Shown here in pieces: positions 1 to 11,439 of a stretch of 64,000 bases of DNA. Location: NCBI GenBank assembly GCA_965224085.1, contig CBDCYI010000004.1, positions 480,001 through 544,000 on the forward strand, given 5' to 3'. Made by a program: the position numbers and the translations under genes. Origin of the DNA: Candidatus Marinacidobacterales bacterium. GTDB lineage: Bacteria; Acidobacteriota; Vicinamibacteria; Marinacidobacterales; SMYC01. The notes under the pieces were generated by a model that was not told where the DNA came from, ran no database searches, and worked only from the letters and a program-made list of their open reading frames with translations. The stretch's first letter is position 1. The number at the start of each line of letters is the position of its first letter.

Positions 1-215
1 ACTTGGGCGCAGGCGAGAAGCTCGTGCTGGGGCACCCGCTCGCCGCCACTATAGGTGATTCTGCACGGTGTATGCAGAACCTGGAAAAGGTGCTATTCAC
101 GGGGCCAAAGACCTCAGACACGGTGACGTTTATTTGCGATTAGGGTTAATGCCCCGACGACACGCCGGGCGAGCTCGGCGCAAGGTCAAGAGAGAGCGAG
201 CATTGAGCAGTAACG

Positions 216-1577
216 TTAACGGCTCGCAATCTCTATCTTCGATTGGATCTTCGCGATGAGATTGGCGCACTGCGTCAAGAAGATGTGAAAGACTCGGTCG
301 CCACGCAAATCTTCGTGAGAAAGCTCCTCGAGCGCCTTCAGCTTGATGGTCGTGACTGCGTCCAAATAGTCCTTGAGCTCGGTCGAGCTCTCGGTATTCA
401 TCTGCGCCCGCTCGATTCGGATCGTCTCATCCAAGAGCCTATCGAGGCGCTCCTTGAGCTCTTGAAGCGCGCGCTCCTCCTCTTTTCGCTTGCTGTCGCG
501 ATAGCTGGACCAGAGCAAATAGAGCCCGGCCGCAAGTGCGAAAAGAAGCTCTTTCATCGCCGCGAGAGATTCCATGAAGCTCGCGAGCAGCTCGATGCCT
601 TCGTAAGGACGGAAATAGGCCCGCGCGAGGGGGTGCAATGGAATGAGGCGCCATTGCTCTGCCTCGCTCGCTTTGATCAACGTCACGAACTGGAAACGAA
701 GGTCGCTTTCGAAAAGCGTTTCGAGAGTGTGATAATGGACGAGGAGCTGCGAGGCGTCGTCGCGCACAACGAGTAGCGCCGTGGTGGCGATGGTCGTCGT
801 GTCGGCCGATGGGATCGACGGCCGCTCATGATAGAGACCACGCGGGATCTCGGCCTCGAAGAAAAAGGCGTGACGAAGCGACAACGCGGCAGCGTCCTCC
901 ACGGAGAGAAGGTCGAACGACGCATCGGACCATAGCGGCTCGAGCGTGCGGCTGAGGAGGCCAGTCGTTACCATCGCGGCGTCGATGGAGTCGTCGGCGA
1001 GAAGCGCTTCGACCGAGCCGTCCACAATGTCGGTGCTCTGCGCGTCGATTCGATAGTGATCGAGCACCCTCAGCGCGTCTTGCCGCATCGCCGATCCGGG
1101 CTCTCCGAGCGCAATACGTGCACCATCGAGATCCGCCACGGACGCAATACCTGAGCTGCGACGCACGACGACGTGCAAGAACTCGGAGAAGAGCGGCGAC
1201 AGCACACCAATACCATCCACCGGAAACGCGCTCGCTTCGATGATCGCGAGGTCCGCGTCACCTTCGACGAGAAGCTTCAAGTTGTCGAGCGAGCCCCCCG
1301 TTTGCACGATCTCGACAGGCCGTCGCACCGATTCTTCGAGATATCGTGAGAGAGCGTTTCCGATGTCGAAGTAAAAGCTCCCGCGCGACGCGGTCGCGAT
1401 CCGGATCGTATCGGGCAGCCTTTCGCGCGTCCAATACCACGTCGCAAGGCACGCCATCGCGATGAAAGCAGCAATAGCACCGACGGACTTATCAGAGTTT
1501 GTGTCTTCACACCCTAAACCTATCGCGGCCATGACCGCGTGAAAAGCGCAAAACAAATCCGTTGACAATGACGGCAC
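216..1577 (-). CDS. TAXI-family TRAP solute-binding protein with C-terminal TM and helical extension; true N-terminus uncertain
   Basis: IRIATASRGSFY, TGGSLDNLKLL, EFLHVVVR, LHPLARAYF are TAXI-type motifs. Sequence above ~1480 is AT-richer and may be foreign. Confidence 0.75.
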   Translation of the reverse strand: MPSLSTDLFCAFHAVMAAIGLGCEDTNSDKSVGAIAAFIAMACLATWYWTRERLPDTIRIATASRGSFYFDIGNALSRYLEESVRRPVEIVQTGGSLDNLKLLVEGDADLAIIEASAFPVDGIGVLSPLFSEFLHVVVRRSSGIASVADLDGARIALGEPGSAMRQDALRVLDHYRIDAQSTDIVDGSVEALLADDSIDAAMVTTGLLSRTLEPLWSDASFDLLSVEDAAALSLRHAFFFEAEIPRGLYHERPSIPSADTTTIATTALLVVRDDASQLLVHYHTLETLFESDLRFQFVTLIKASEAEQWRLIPLHPLARAYFRPYEGIELLASFMESLAAMKELLFALAAGLYLLWSSYRDSKRKEEERALQELKERLDRLLDETIRIERAQMNTESSTELKDYLDAVTTIKLKALEELSHEDLRGDRVFHIFLTQCANLIAKIQSKIEIASR

Positions 1578-1816
1578 AAAGATTTATACAACTTGGTATA
1601 GCTGCGATGTTGCAGCTCAGCTAGGAGGCACTGAGTGACGTCTCCACCTGACGGGCCACGGCCCGCGGAACGCTAGAGAGTCGAAAGATTTTCCGGCTTC
1701 CGACGGGCCCATCCTACGACCGGGCTTGCGTAGGTTCCGTAAGAACGCGCCCACTCGCACGACGCCGCGCGGCGTAGTCAGAGGGCCAAGAGCCCTAAAG
1801 GCTCCAGGGAACTTTA

Positions 1817-2506
1817 CTAGCCCACTCCATCGAACTGCCACCGGCATTGCCGAGTCGGTGACTGCACAGCTTGGTGCAGCGCTTCGAGATATACACGGCG
1901 CGGCCATGCTCTTGCGCCGAAGCGCGCGAGGTGCTCGGTGTAGATTTGGCAGTCGATAAGTGTGAGACCCCAGGCATCGAGCTGTTCGACGAGGGCGACG
2001 AAGCCGACTTTCGATGCATCGCTCGCACTCGTGAACATCGACTCGCCGAAATAGGCGGCTCCAATCGAAACGCCGTAGAGTCCCCCAACGAGCTCTCCTT
2101 GACTCCACACTTCGACGGAGTGCGCGAACCCGAGTCGGTGTAGCTCACCATACGCAATTTTCATTTCCTCCGTGATCCACGTGCCGCCGTGTCCGGCGCG
2201 CGCAACGGTAGCACAGCCTTCCATTACTCGAGCGAAAGCTTCGTCCATCGTGAGCTCGAACCGACCGCTCTTGACCGTGCGCCGGAGACTTCGAGGCATA
2301 CGGAACTGGTCGCTCGTGAGGACGAATCTTGGGTCCGGAGAGTGCCAAAGGATCGGCTCCCCTTCCGAGTACCACGGAAAAATGCCTTCGGCGTAGGCGC
2401 GCAAAAGCCGCGCCGGCCTAAGATCGCCCCCGACCGCGAGAAGGCCGTCCTCGGCTTCCTCGACCGGAGGGAATACAATGTCGCTCCCGAGCCGGTAGAC
2501 GGTCAT
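1817..2506 (-). CDS. aat: Leucyl/phenylalanyl-tRNA--protein transferase
   Basis: GLLAVGGDL, AYAEGIFPW, HSVEVW, GGLYGVSIGAAYFGESMF, DASK motifs; downstream of clpA. Confidence 0.95.
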   Translation of the reverse strand: MTVYRLGSDIVFPPVEEAEDGLLAVGGDLRPARLLRAYAEGIFPWYSEGEPILWHSPDPRFVLTSDQFRMPRSLRRTVKSGRFELTMDEAFARVMEGCATVARAGHGGTWITEEMKIAYGELHRLGFAHSVEVWSQGELVGGLYGVSIGAAYFGESMFTSASDASKVGFVALVEQLDAWGLTLIDCQIYTEHLARFGARAWPRRVYLEALHQAVQSPTRQCRWQFDGVG

Positions 2507-2520
2507 GCGCGACGCGCGCC

Positions 2521-4821
<2,301 letters not shown>

Positions 4822-4827
4822 AAGTGT

Positions 4828-5142
4828 TTATTCCGGCTCCATGCTGCAGCGGAGAGGATGCCCCGCCTCGTTCGCGGTATCGTGGGTCATGGCGACCTTG
4901 GTCTCCGCGACATCATAAGGATAGACGCCCGCTACACCGATTCCTCCAATGTGGACATTCATCATCACCCGATAGGCTTCCGCGGGCGATTTGTTGAAAA
5001 TCATCTCCAAGATCACTACAACGAAATCCATCGTTGTGTAATCGTCATTGTGGATGAGAACTTTATAGAGCTTCGGCTTGTCGGTTCTCTGGCGCATCTT
5101 CTCGAGAACTTCGCCTTGCCGCTTTTTGTCGGTCTCACCCAT
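4828..5142 (-). CDS. clpS: Clp protease adaptor ClpS
   Basis: YKVLIHNDDYTTMDFVV and HPLRCSME motifs; ATG at 5142 chosen as start. Confidence 0.95.
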   Translation of the reverse strand: MGETDKKRQGEVLEKMRQRTDKPKLYKVLIHNDDYTTMDFVVVILEMIFNKSPAEAYRVMMNVHIGGIGVAGVYPYDVAETKVAMTHDTANEAGHPLRCSMEPE

Positions 5143-5197
5143 CACCCTATTGTAGAGCCAGGCTAGCGGAGGCACCAACCTCGTGGCGGGCGCGCGG

Positions 5198-5310
5198 CTA
5201 GCGTGTGTGCGGCTGCCATCTCTCCGTCAATCCGTCGCCCATCAAGTTAATCGTGATCGCGATGGCGAAAATAGCGAGGTCGGGAAACGCGGTCGCCCAC
5301 GCATGGTTAC
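5198..5310 (-). pseudogene. C-terminal remnant of an OppC/DppC-type ABC permease
   Basis: WATAFPDLAIFAIAITINLMGDGLTE resembles the DppC C-terminal FPGLA...NLLGDGL motif; no N-terminus present. Confidence 0.6.
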
Positions 5311-5439
5311 TGGGCCACGTGTCACTGACATGACGCTCGGCTATCTTATCCGGAATCGTGCGTAACTTCTGAGCCGTTGTTTGGGCGAGAACTTGCCTCC
5401 AAGGCGAGGGTGAGACGACAGCGTCGGCTGACGGTCGAG

Positions 5440-5490
5440 TTGCACAACGTGTCAGATTAACACATAATACGTGCACACAGTCTATGTGTT
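5440..5490 (+). promoter_or_regulatory. Sigma70-like promoter with inverted-repeat operator for the TA pair
   Basis: TTGCAC (5440) -17 nt- CATAAT (5463); inverted repeat AACACATA (5459-5466) / TATGTGTT (5483-5490). Confidence 0.55.
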
Positions 5491-5500
5491 CGAGGTTTAC

Positions 5501-5728
5501 ATGAACATCACGCTATCGGCAGACGAAGCCGTGATCAAACAGGCCCGCAAGAGAGCGGAGGCCATGGGCAAGAGCCTCAATCAGCTGGTTCGAGAGTACT
5601 TACAACAGCTCGCGGGCGGGACCGACGTCGATGATGACATCAAGGCGTTACGTCGGCTGACGGAGGAGGGTCGCGGACGCTCGGCTGGTTGGCGTTTCAA
5701 CCGAGAAGAAATCCATGAGCGATCGTAG
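5501..5728 (+). CDS. Antitoxin (DUF6364/RHH-like)
   Basis: MNITLSADEAVIKQARKRA...SLNQLVREYL...FNREEIHER; overlaps the downstream PIN gene. Confidence 0.8.
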   Translation: MNITLSADEAVIKQARKRAEAMGKSLNQLVREYLQQLAGGTDVDDDIKALRRLTEEGRGRSAGWRFNREEIHERS

Positions 5729-6128
5729 TTTCTTCGACACCAATGTCCTGACCTACTCGGACGACCACGACGCTCCTGACAAGCAGGCAACCGCTCTCAA
5801 CCTCATAGAGCAATCCCGCCGGGCCAAAAGCGGAGTACTCTCGACACAAGTTCTGCAGGAGTATTTTGTGACGGCGACGAGGAAGCTCGGCGTACCCGCT
5901 CCGGTAGCAAAGGAAAAGGTGCGTATTTTTTCGCATTTTGCAGTCGTGTTCGTCAGCGTGGACGACGTTCTCGCCGCCATCGATCTTCACCAACTTCACA
6001 AACTCAATTTCTGGGATGGCCTTATCGTCCGCGCCGCTTTGTCGAGCGGCTGCAGTGTTGTCTTCACGGAGGATATGCAGCACGGCCGTCGCTTCGACGG
6101 CCTTCAGATCGTGAATCCTTTTATCTGA
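5715..6128 (+). CDS. PIN-domain (VapC-like) toxin
   Basis: FFDTNVL, STQVLQE, FWDGLIV, TEDMQHG, IVNPF PIN motifs. Confidence 0.9.
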   Translation: MSDRSFFDTNVLTYSDDHDAPDKQATALNLIEQSRRAKSGVLSTQVLQEYFVTATRKLGVPAPVAKEKVRIFSHFAVVFVSVDDVLAAIDLHQLHKLNFWDGLIVRAALSSGCSVVFTEDMQHGRRFDGLQIVNPFI

Positions 6129-6197
6129 CGTTGGCGCTCGAGGTGACGGGTGTCCAACAACGGCAACCCGGATCCGGTTGGGGAATCCGCGTGCTTC

Positions 6198-6423
6198 CTA
6201 GTCCGCGTAGTCCGGCTCTTCGCGATCGAGAATGCGCATCGCCATCGACGACGAGAAGGCGGCTCGCGCGGACTTCAGACCAGTGGAGGCCGTGGAGGTT
6301 CGCGAGGAAGCGTTCCGATTCCCCTGGCACGCGTAGCGTGAAGTGATTCGATATGCCTTCGTTTAAACCGAAGCGCTCACCGAGCCAATAGGCGGCCGCG
6401 CGCTCACGTCGCGCGGTGTTCAA
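6198..6423 (-). pseudogene. Class II aldolase/adducin family gene with a large internal deletion
   Basis: N-terminal EGISNHFTLRVPG...GLHWSEVRASRLLVVDG is joined out of frame to the family-typical C-terminus RILDREEPDYAD*. Confidence 0.7.
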
Positions 6424-9400
6424 GGGAAGCTTTTCCGGAACGCAGGCACGTCTTCCTCTAATAGCTTCCGATACTCTTCGCGGACTTCGTCGAGGCGTTT
6501 CGTCAAAATCGCGTGCACTTCGAGCTGTTGATCGGTCGGGCGAAAATCGGCGCTGTCGTGGCCGACGTCGTTTCCGAGCGCGCCGAGCCTTCCGTAGAGC
6601 TTCATCGGGGCGCGAAACGCGTCTTCACGCGCCCCGGTCAAGTTGACGTCGAAGAGCTTCCCTTCCACCGACACGGCATAAGTCGAAAGCTCCTCCGCAT
6701 TGCTCACGATGGTCGTCATCCCCTCGCGCTCGCCGTAGCGCTCCACGAGGTCGAGAAGCTCTTTGCGCGTCCATTCGAGCTCGTCGATCATGTCGACAAC
6801 ATCGTTCAACTGGTTTCGGATCTCGAGTGACAGCGCCGCTTGCGCTTCGAGATCCGCTTGGGTTCCGGTCGAGTGCGGGTCTTTACGCACCTCGAGCGGT
6901 ACCTGCGTCACATCGTCTCCGACCAACAGACGCACGGTGTACATGCCCGGCACCGCGAGCGGACCCCGGTAGCCCGGGAAGAGATCTAGGTCCCACGTGC
7001 GCAGACGTCGCCAGCCTTCTTCACCAATCGGAACCCAGTCGTGATCGGGTGGCGGCGTCCGGAGCTTCGCCTCACGCGATTTTTCGTGACGCAGGTCCCA
7101 CCATACACGCTGAAGTCCTTCCGACCCGCTCGTGTCGAGCTTGCGAATCGTTTCTCCCGCAGCGTTGACGATCTCGATTTTCACGCCGTCATCCTCCACC
7201 TTCTCGGCAAGGTGGTAGTGGATGGAAGCCCCGTACGGGGGGTTGCGCCCTGATACCTGACTCCCGCTCTCCGTCTTGATGCCTTTCGTCGCGCGGAAGC
7301 GGTACGCGGGCCGCGGCTCGAAAAGATGCACGTCTTTTTCGAGAAAAGACGGCTCGAGCGCTCTGAGCGGCGTGAGGTCGTCGAGGATGTAGAAGCCCCG
7401 GCCATAAGTCGCGACGACGAGATCCGCGAAGTGCTCTTGGACCGTCAACCAGTAGATCGGCGCGGGAGGCATGTTCGTCCGCAGCGACGTCCAGTGCTCC
7501 CCGTCATCCAAAGTGACATAAACCTGGTTGTCCGTCCCCGCATAGAGCATGCCGCGGCGCTCAGGATCTTCACGAACGACGTGAACGAAGCTGAAGACCG
7601 ACTCGGGAATGCCATCGCTGATGCGCTCGAAGCTCTCGCCGTAATCGGTCGTCTTATAGATGTAGGGCGCGAAGTCGCCATCTTGGTGGTTGCTGAAAGC
7701 GACATAGGCCGCCCCGCCGTCGTAGCGTGAAGGCTCGATCGCTTTCACCCAGCTCTCGACATACAAGCTCTCGATGTTCTTCGACACGTTCGTCCAGCTT
7801 TCGCCGCCATTGTGCGATACGTGCACTTGCCCGTCGACGCTCCCCGTCCAAATCACACCTTCCTCGACGGGCGATTCCGCGATCGAAAAGAGAACGGAGC
7901 CGTCGAACGTATAGAGGTTGTCGATCGTCAGGCCGCCGCCCGAGTCCTCCTGACGTGTCTTGTCGTTCGTTGTCAGGTCAGGGCTGAACTCACGCCAACT
8001 TTGTCCCGCATCCGTAGTGACGTGAACGTGCTGGCTTCCAACGTAGACCTTCTCGTGATTGTGCGGCGAGATATGAAGCGGAAAATTCCAGTGCCACCGA
8101 TACTTCACTTCAGCGGGCGCCCAGCCGTAGGACGCTTCCGGCCACACCCGTACGTCGCGCCACTGGCCGCTGCGCCGGTCGTAACGCTCGAGCCCGCCGT
8201 CGTAGCAGCCTGACCAAACGATGTTGTCGTCTTCGGGGTCGGGCGTGGCCCAACCGCTTTCGCAGCCCGCCACATCGTGCCACATCCCGAGCGGGATGCT
8301 CCCGCCGGCACGGCTATTGCTCGGCCCTCGATAGGAGTAGCCGTCCTGGCGGTTGCCGTAGACGTAATAGGGCACCTGGTCGTCGACGCTCACGTGATAC
8401 ATCTGCGCGACCGGGAGCACGATGCGCTGAAACGTCTTTCCCCGGTTCAAGCTGATGCTCGCGCCGCCATCATGCGCGACAAGGATGCGGTCCGCGTTCA
8501 GCGGATCGATCCACACGTCGTGATTGTCGCCGCCGCCGCGCGGTGGATTGTCGACGATACTCTCCCCACCATCCACCGACATGCTGAATCGGACCGATGC
8601 GATATAAAGTCTATCGGCGTCGTCCGGCGAGACGGCAAAGCGGGTGTAATAGGGCGCGCGCTCGTTGAGCGTGTGGTTGTTGCTGACGAGCTTCCAGTCG
8701 TCACCGCCATTCGTCGAGCGGTAGAAGCCGGGGCTCGTGTCCTCGGTCAGAACGTACCAACGATCCGGTTCCGACTGCGCGATGGCGACGGCAATCTTTC
8801 CGAGTGGATGGCTCTCGCCCCCGGGAAGACCTTTGTCTTCGCCGGAAAGTTTCTCCCACGTGGTGCCGCCGTCTTTCGAGCGATAGATACCGCTCCCTGG
8901 CCCGCCACTCACGAGACCCGACGTGTTGATCTGCATCTGCCACATCCCCGCGAGCAGGATGCGCGGGTTCGTCGGGTCCATCGCGATATCGGAGCACCCC
9001 GTCTTCTCGTCCACGAAGAGCACTTGCTCCCACGTCGCACCGCCATCCGTGGTGCGGTAGACGCCGCGCTCGGGCTGCGGCGCATAGAGGTGACCCGCCG
9101 CGCAAGCGACGGCGACGTCAGGATCCGTCGGGCTCACGACGAGACGGCCGATACGGCCCGTTTTCCCGAGCCCGACATGGGCCCATGTTTCACCCGCATC
9201 GGTCGAACGGTACACGCCGTTTCCCATCGCAAGCGCCGGGCGAATGACGAAGGTCTCGCCGGTGCCCGCCCACACGACGTTCGGGTCCGAAGGTGCCATC
9301 GCGATCGAGCCGACCGAAGCAACATCGACATCATCGAAGATAGGCGACCAACGCAAGCCGCCATCGGTCGTCTTCCAAATGCCACCCGAAGCCGCGCCGA

Positions 9401-9542
9401 TATACACGACGGCGTTGTTTCCCGGCTCGCCGGCAATCGCGATCGTGCGGTTGCCGTCAGGTCCGATATAGCGATAGGAGAGCTCCGAGAGAAGCTCGGG
9501 ATCCAGAGCTTGAGTAAGAATCATCACGGCGAGTAGGTGCAT
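6420..9542 (-). CDS. VPS10/sortilin-like BNR-repeat beta-propeller protein (glycosyl hydrolase-like)
   Basis: YRYIGP at the N-terminus, many S/T-x-D-G-G-x-T-W Asp-box repeats, LVVATYGRGFYILD; 1040 aa. Confidence 0.85.
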   Translation of the reverse strand: MHLLAVMILTQALDPELLSELSYRYIGPDGNRTIAIAGEPGNNAVVYIGAASGGIWKTTDGGLRWSPIFDDVDVASVGSIAMAPSDPNVVWAGTGETFVIRPALAMGNGVYRSTDAGETWAHVGLGKTGRIGRLVVSPTDPDVAVACAAGHLYAPQPERGVYRTTDGGATWEQVLFVDEKTGCSDIAMDPTNPRILLAGMWQMQINTSGLVSGGPGSGIYRSKDGGTTWEKLSGEDKGLPGGESHPLGKIAVAIAQSEPDRWYVLTEDTSPGFYRSTNGGDDWKLVSNNHTLNERAPYYTRFAVSPDDADRLYIASVRFSMSVDGGESIVDNPPRGGGDNHDVWIDPLNADRILVAHDGGASISLNRGKTFQRIVLPVAQMYHVSVDDQVPYYVYGNRQDGYSYRGPSNSRAGGSIPLGMWHDVAGCESGWATPDPEDDNIVWSGCYDGGLERYDRRSGQWRDVRVWPEASYGWAPAEVKYRWHWNFPLHISPHNHEKVYVGSQHVHVTTDAGQSWREFSPDLTTNDKTRQEDSGGGLTIDNLYTFDGSVLFSIAESPVEEGVIWTGSVDGQVHVSHNGGESWTNVSKNIESLYVESWVKAIEPSRYDGGAAYVAFSNHQDGDFAPYIYKTTDYGESFERISDGIPESVFSFVHVVREDPERRGMLYAGTDNQVYVTLDDGEHWTSLRTNMPPAPIYWLTVQEHFADLVVATYGRGFYILDDLTPLRALEPSFLEKDVHLFEPRPAYRFRATKGIKTESGSQVSGRNPPYGASIHYHLAEKVEDDGVKIEIVNAAGETIRKLDTSGSEGLQRVWWDLRHEKSREAKLRTPPPDHDWVPIGEEGWRRLRTWDLDLFPGYRGPLAVPGMYTVRLLVGDDVTQVPLEVRKDPHSTGTQADLEAQAALSLEIRNQLNDVVDMIDELEWTRKELLDLVERYGEREGMTTIVSNAEELSTYAVSVEGKLFDVNLTGAREDAFRAPMKLYGRLGALGNDVGHDSADFRPTDQQLEVHAILTKRLDEVREEYRKLLEEDVPAFRKSFP

Positions 9543-11036
9543 TCATTCGTCTCCGAAAAGCGCTCGGTACTCTTTCTCGAGCGCTTTGGCTTTCTTCGTC
9601 GAGAGCCCGCCGAGAACCTCGATCGCTTGGCGCAAGCGTACGCGGGTCAAGTCCAGTCCGAGGAGCGCCATCGAGCTAAAGAGCGGCGTCGACGCTTTCG
9701 AGCCTGTGACGGCGACGTAGAAAGGCCGCGTCAGGTCGCGAAGCTTGATGTCCAGCTTCTCCGATAGCGAGCGCAAAACGCTTTCGATGGCTCCCTCGTT
9801 GAACTCTGGGAGGGCTTCGAAAAGCCAGATCGCCATCTGAAAAACACGCGCCAATTCCAACGGCTCTTTCCCCTTCAGCGTCAAATCCTCCGACCGGATC
9901 GGCACTCGATCCGCGAAGAAGAACGCGGTGAGAAAGCCCCAATCGGCGAGTGTTTCGAGACGGGGCTGGGCGAGCGGCACGATCTTTGCGAGATAGTCGG
10001 CGCCGAGCGCCCAATCCTGGAGCAGATTCAAGAGCCGTGCGCCGTCATAGTCCTCACGGATGTAGCGCGCGTTCAGCCAACGTAGCTTGTCGACATCGAA
10101 AACCGGACCGCCTAGCGATAACTTCTCGATGTCGAAATGTTCGATGAACTCCGCGAGCGTAAACTTCTCTTCTCCTTCCGCACGCGTCCAACCGATCATG
10201 CCCATGAAGTTCACGATGGCCTCGGGGAGAAAACCAGCACGACGGTAATAGTTGATGGAGGTCGGGTTCTTCCGTTTCGAAAGCTTGGACTTGTTCGCGT
10301 CGTTATTCCTGAGAAGCGGCAGATGGCAAAAGACCGGCGGCTCCCATCCGAAATAGTCGTAGAGCTTCAAGTGTTTCGGAACCGAACTGATCCACTCCTC
10401 TCCCCGGATTACGTGACTGATCTCCATCAAGTGATCGTCGACGACGTTGGCGAGATGATAAGTCGGAAAACCGTCGGACTTCATCACGATCTGGTCGTCG
10501 ATGGACGCCCAGTCTTTCTGTATGTCTTCGCGAAGAAGATCGTGCATCACGCAATAGCCTTCGGTGGGAATCTTCATGCGCACGACAAAAGGTTCATCGG
10601 ATTCGTCTCGCGCGAGATCGCGACAGTGCCGGTCATAGCCAGGGAAGACTTTCTGCTCGCGGTGCTCGGCGCGCATCGCCTCCAAACGTTGCTTCGTGCA
10701 AAAACACCGATAGGCATGGCCGTCCGCGAGCAGCCGATCGACATGCTCCTTGTAAATCAATAAGCGCTCGCTCTGGCGATACGGCGCGTGGGGTCCCGAG
10801 ACATCCGGACCCTCGTCCCAAGTGAGCCCGAGCCAAAGCAGCGAGTCCAGGATCAGTTGCTCGGACTCACGCGTGGAGCGCGCTTGGTCCGTATCCTCGA
10901 TGCGCAAAATGAACCGCCCGTCATGTTGCCGCGCGAAAGCGTGGTTGAGGAGCGCCTGATAAGCCGTTCCGACATGAGGATCGCCCGTCGGGGACGGCGC
11001 GACACGAACACGAACCTTTGAATCTGCCGGCGTCAT
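9543..11036 (-). CDS. gltX: Glutamate--tRNA ligase
   Basis: RVAPSPTGDPHVG (HIGH), RIEDTD, PYRQSER, HVIRGEEW, KLSKR (KMSKS). Confidence 0.95.
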   Translation of the reverse strand: MTPADSKVRVRVAPSPTGDPHVGTAYQALLNHAFARQHDGRFILRIEDTDQARSTRESEQLILDSLLWLGLTWDEGPDVSGPHAPYRQSERLLIYKEHVDRLLADGHAYRCFCTKQRLEAMRAEHREQKVFPGYDRHCRDLARDESDEPFVVRMKIPTEGYCVMHDLLREDIQKDWASIDDQIVMKSDGFPTYHLANVVDDHLMEISHVIRGEEWISSVPKHLKLYDYFGWEPPVFCHLPLLRNNDANKSKLSKRKNPTSINYYRRAGFLPEAIVNFMGMIGWTRAEGEEKFTLAEFIEHFDIEKLSLGGPVFDVDKLRWLNARYIREDYDGARLLNLLQDWALGADYLAKIVPLAQPRLETLADWGFLTAFFFADRVPIRSEDLTLKGKEPLELARVFQMAIWLFEALPEFNEGAIESVLRSLSEKLDIKLRDLTRPFYVAVTGSKASTPLFSSMALLGLDLTRVRLRQAIEVLGGLSTKKAKALEKEYRALFGDE

Positions 11037-11139
11037 AACGTCGCGCATTGTACCTCTCGAACGGGCCACTGTCGTAGGCATCGTCGGCCATGTGCGACAT
11101 TCGTGTCTCCACGCGCTCGCGCGCCCGCAGACCTATTCG

Positions 11140-11400
11140 CATCACGCACAAGCCAAGGACGCGTCGATGGAAGTCGTTCTCCGGACGAGCGGCGCGCCGC
11201 TCGGTCTGGTCCGCACCGCTCGCGAAAGCGTGCACGCGATGGACCCAGCACAGGCACTCTAGAACGTGCAGCCTCTAGAGGAGCTCGTCGACCGCTCCAC
11301 GGCTACGCCCCTCGTGCCGGGGAAGCGCGCGACGCTGGTCGACCCGAAGGTCGCTTTGAGATCGGAGGAAACGCTCATCCGTCCTACCCAAGTGATATAG
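11140..11400 (+). pseudogene. Remnant of an ADOP/MacB-like ABC permease C-terminus
   Basis: My translation SMEVVLRTSGAPLGLVRTARESVHAMDPAQAL*NVQPLEELVDRS...VPGKRATLVDPKVALRSE contains a stop and lacks the TM block. Confidence 0.65.
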
Positions 11401-11439
11401 TCTTCGCGCCTTCGACGCCGAGTTGAAGAGGAGGAGACG

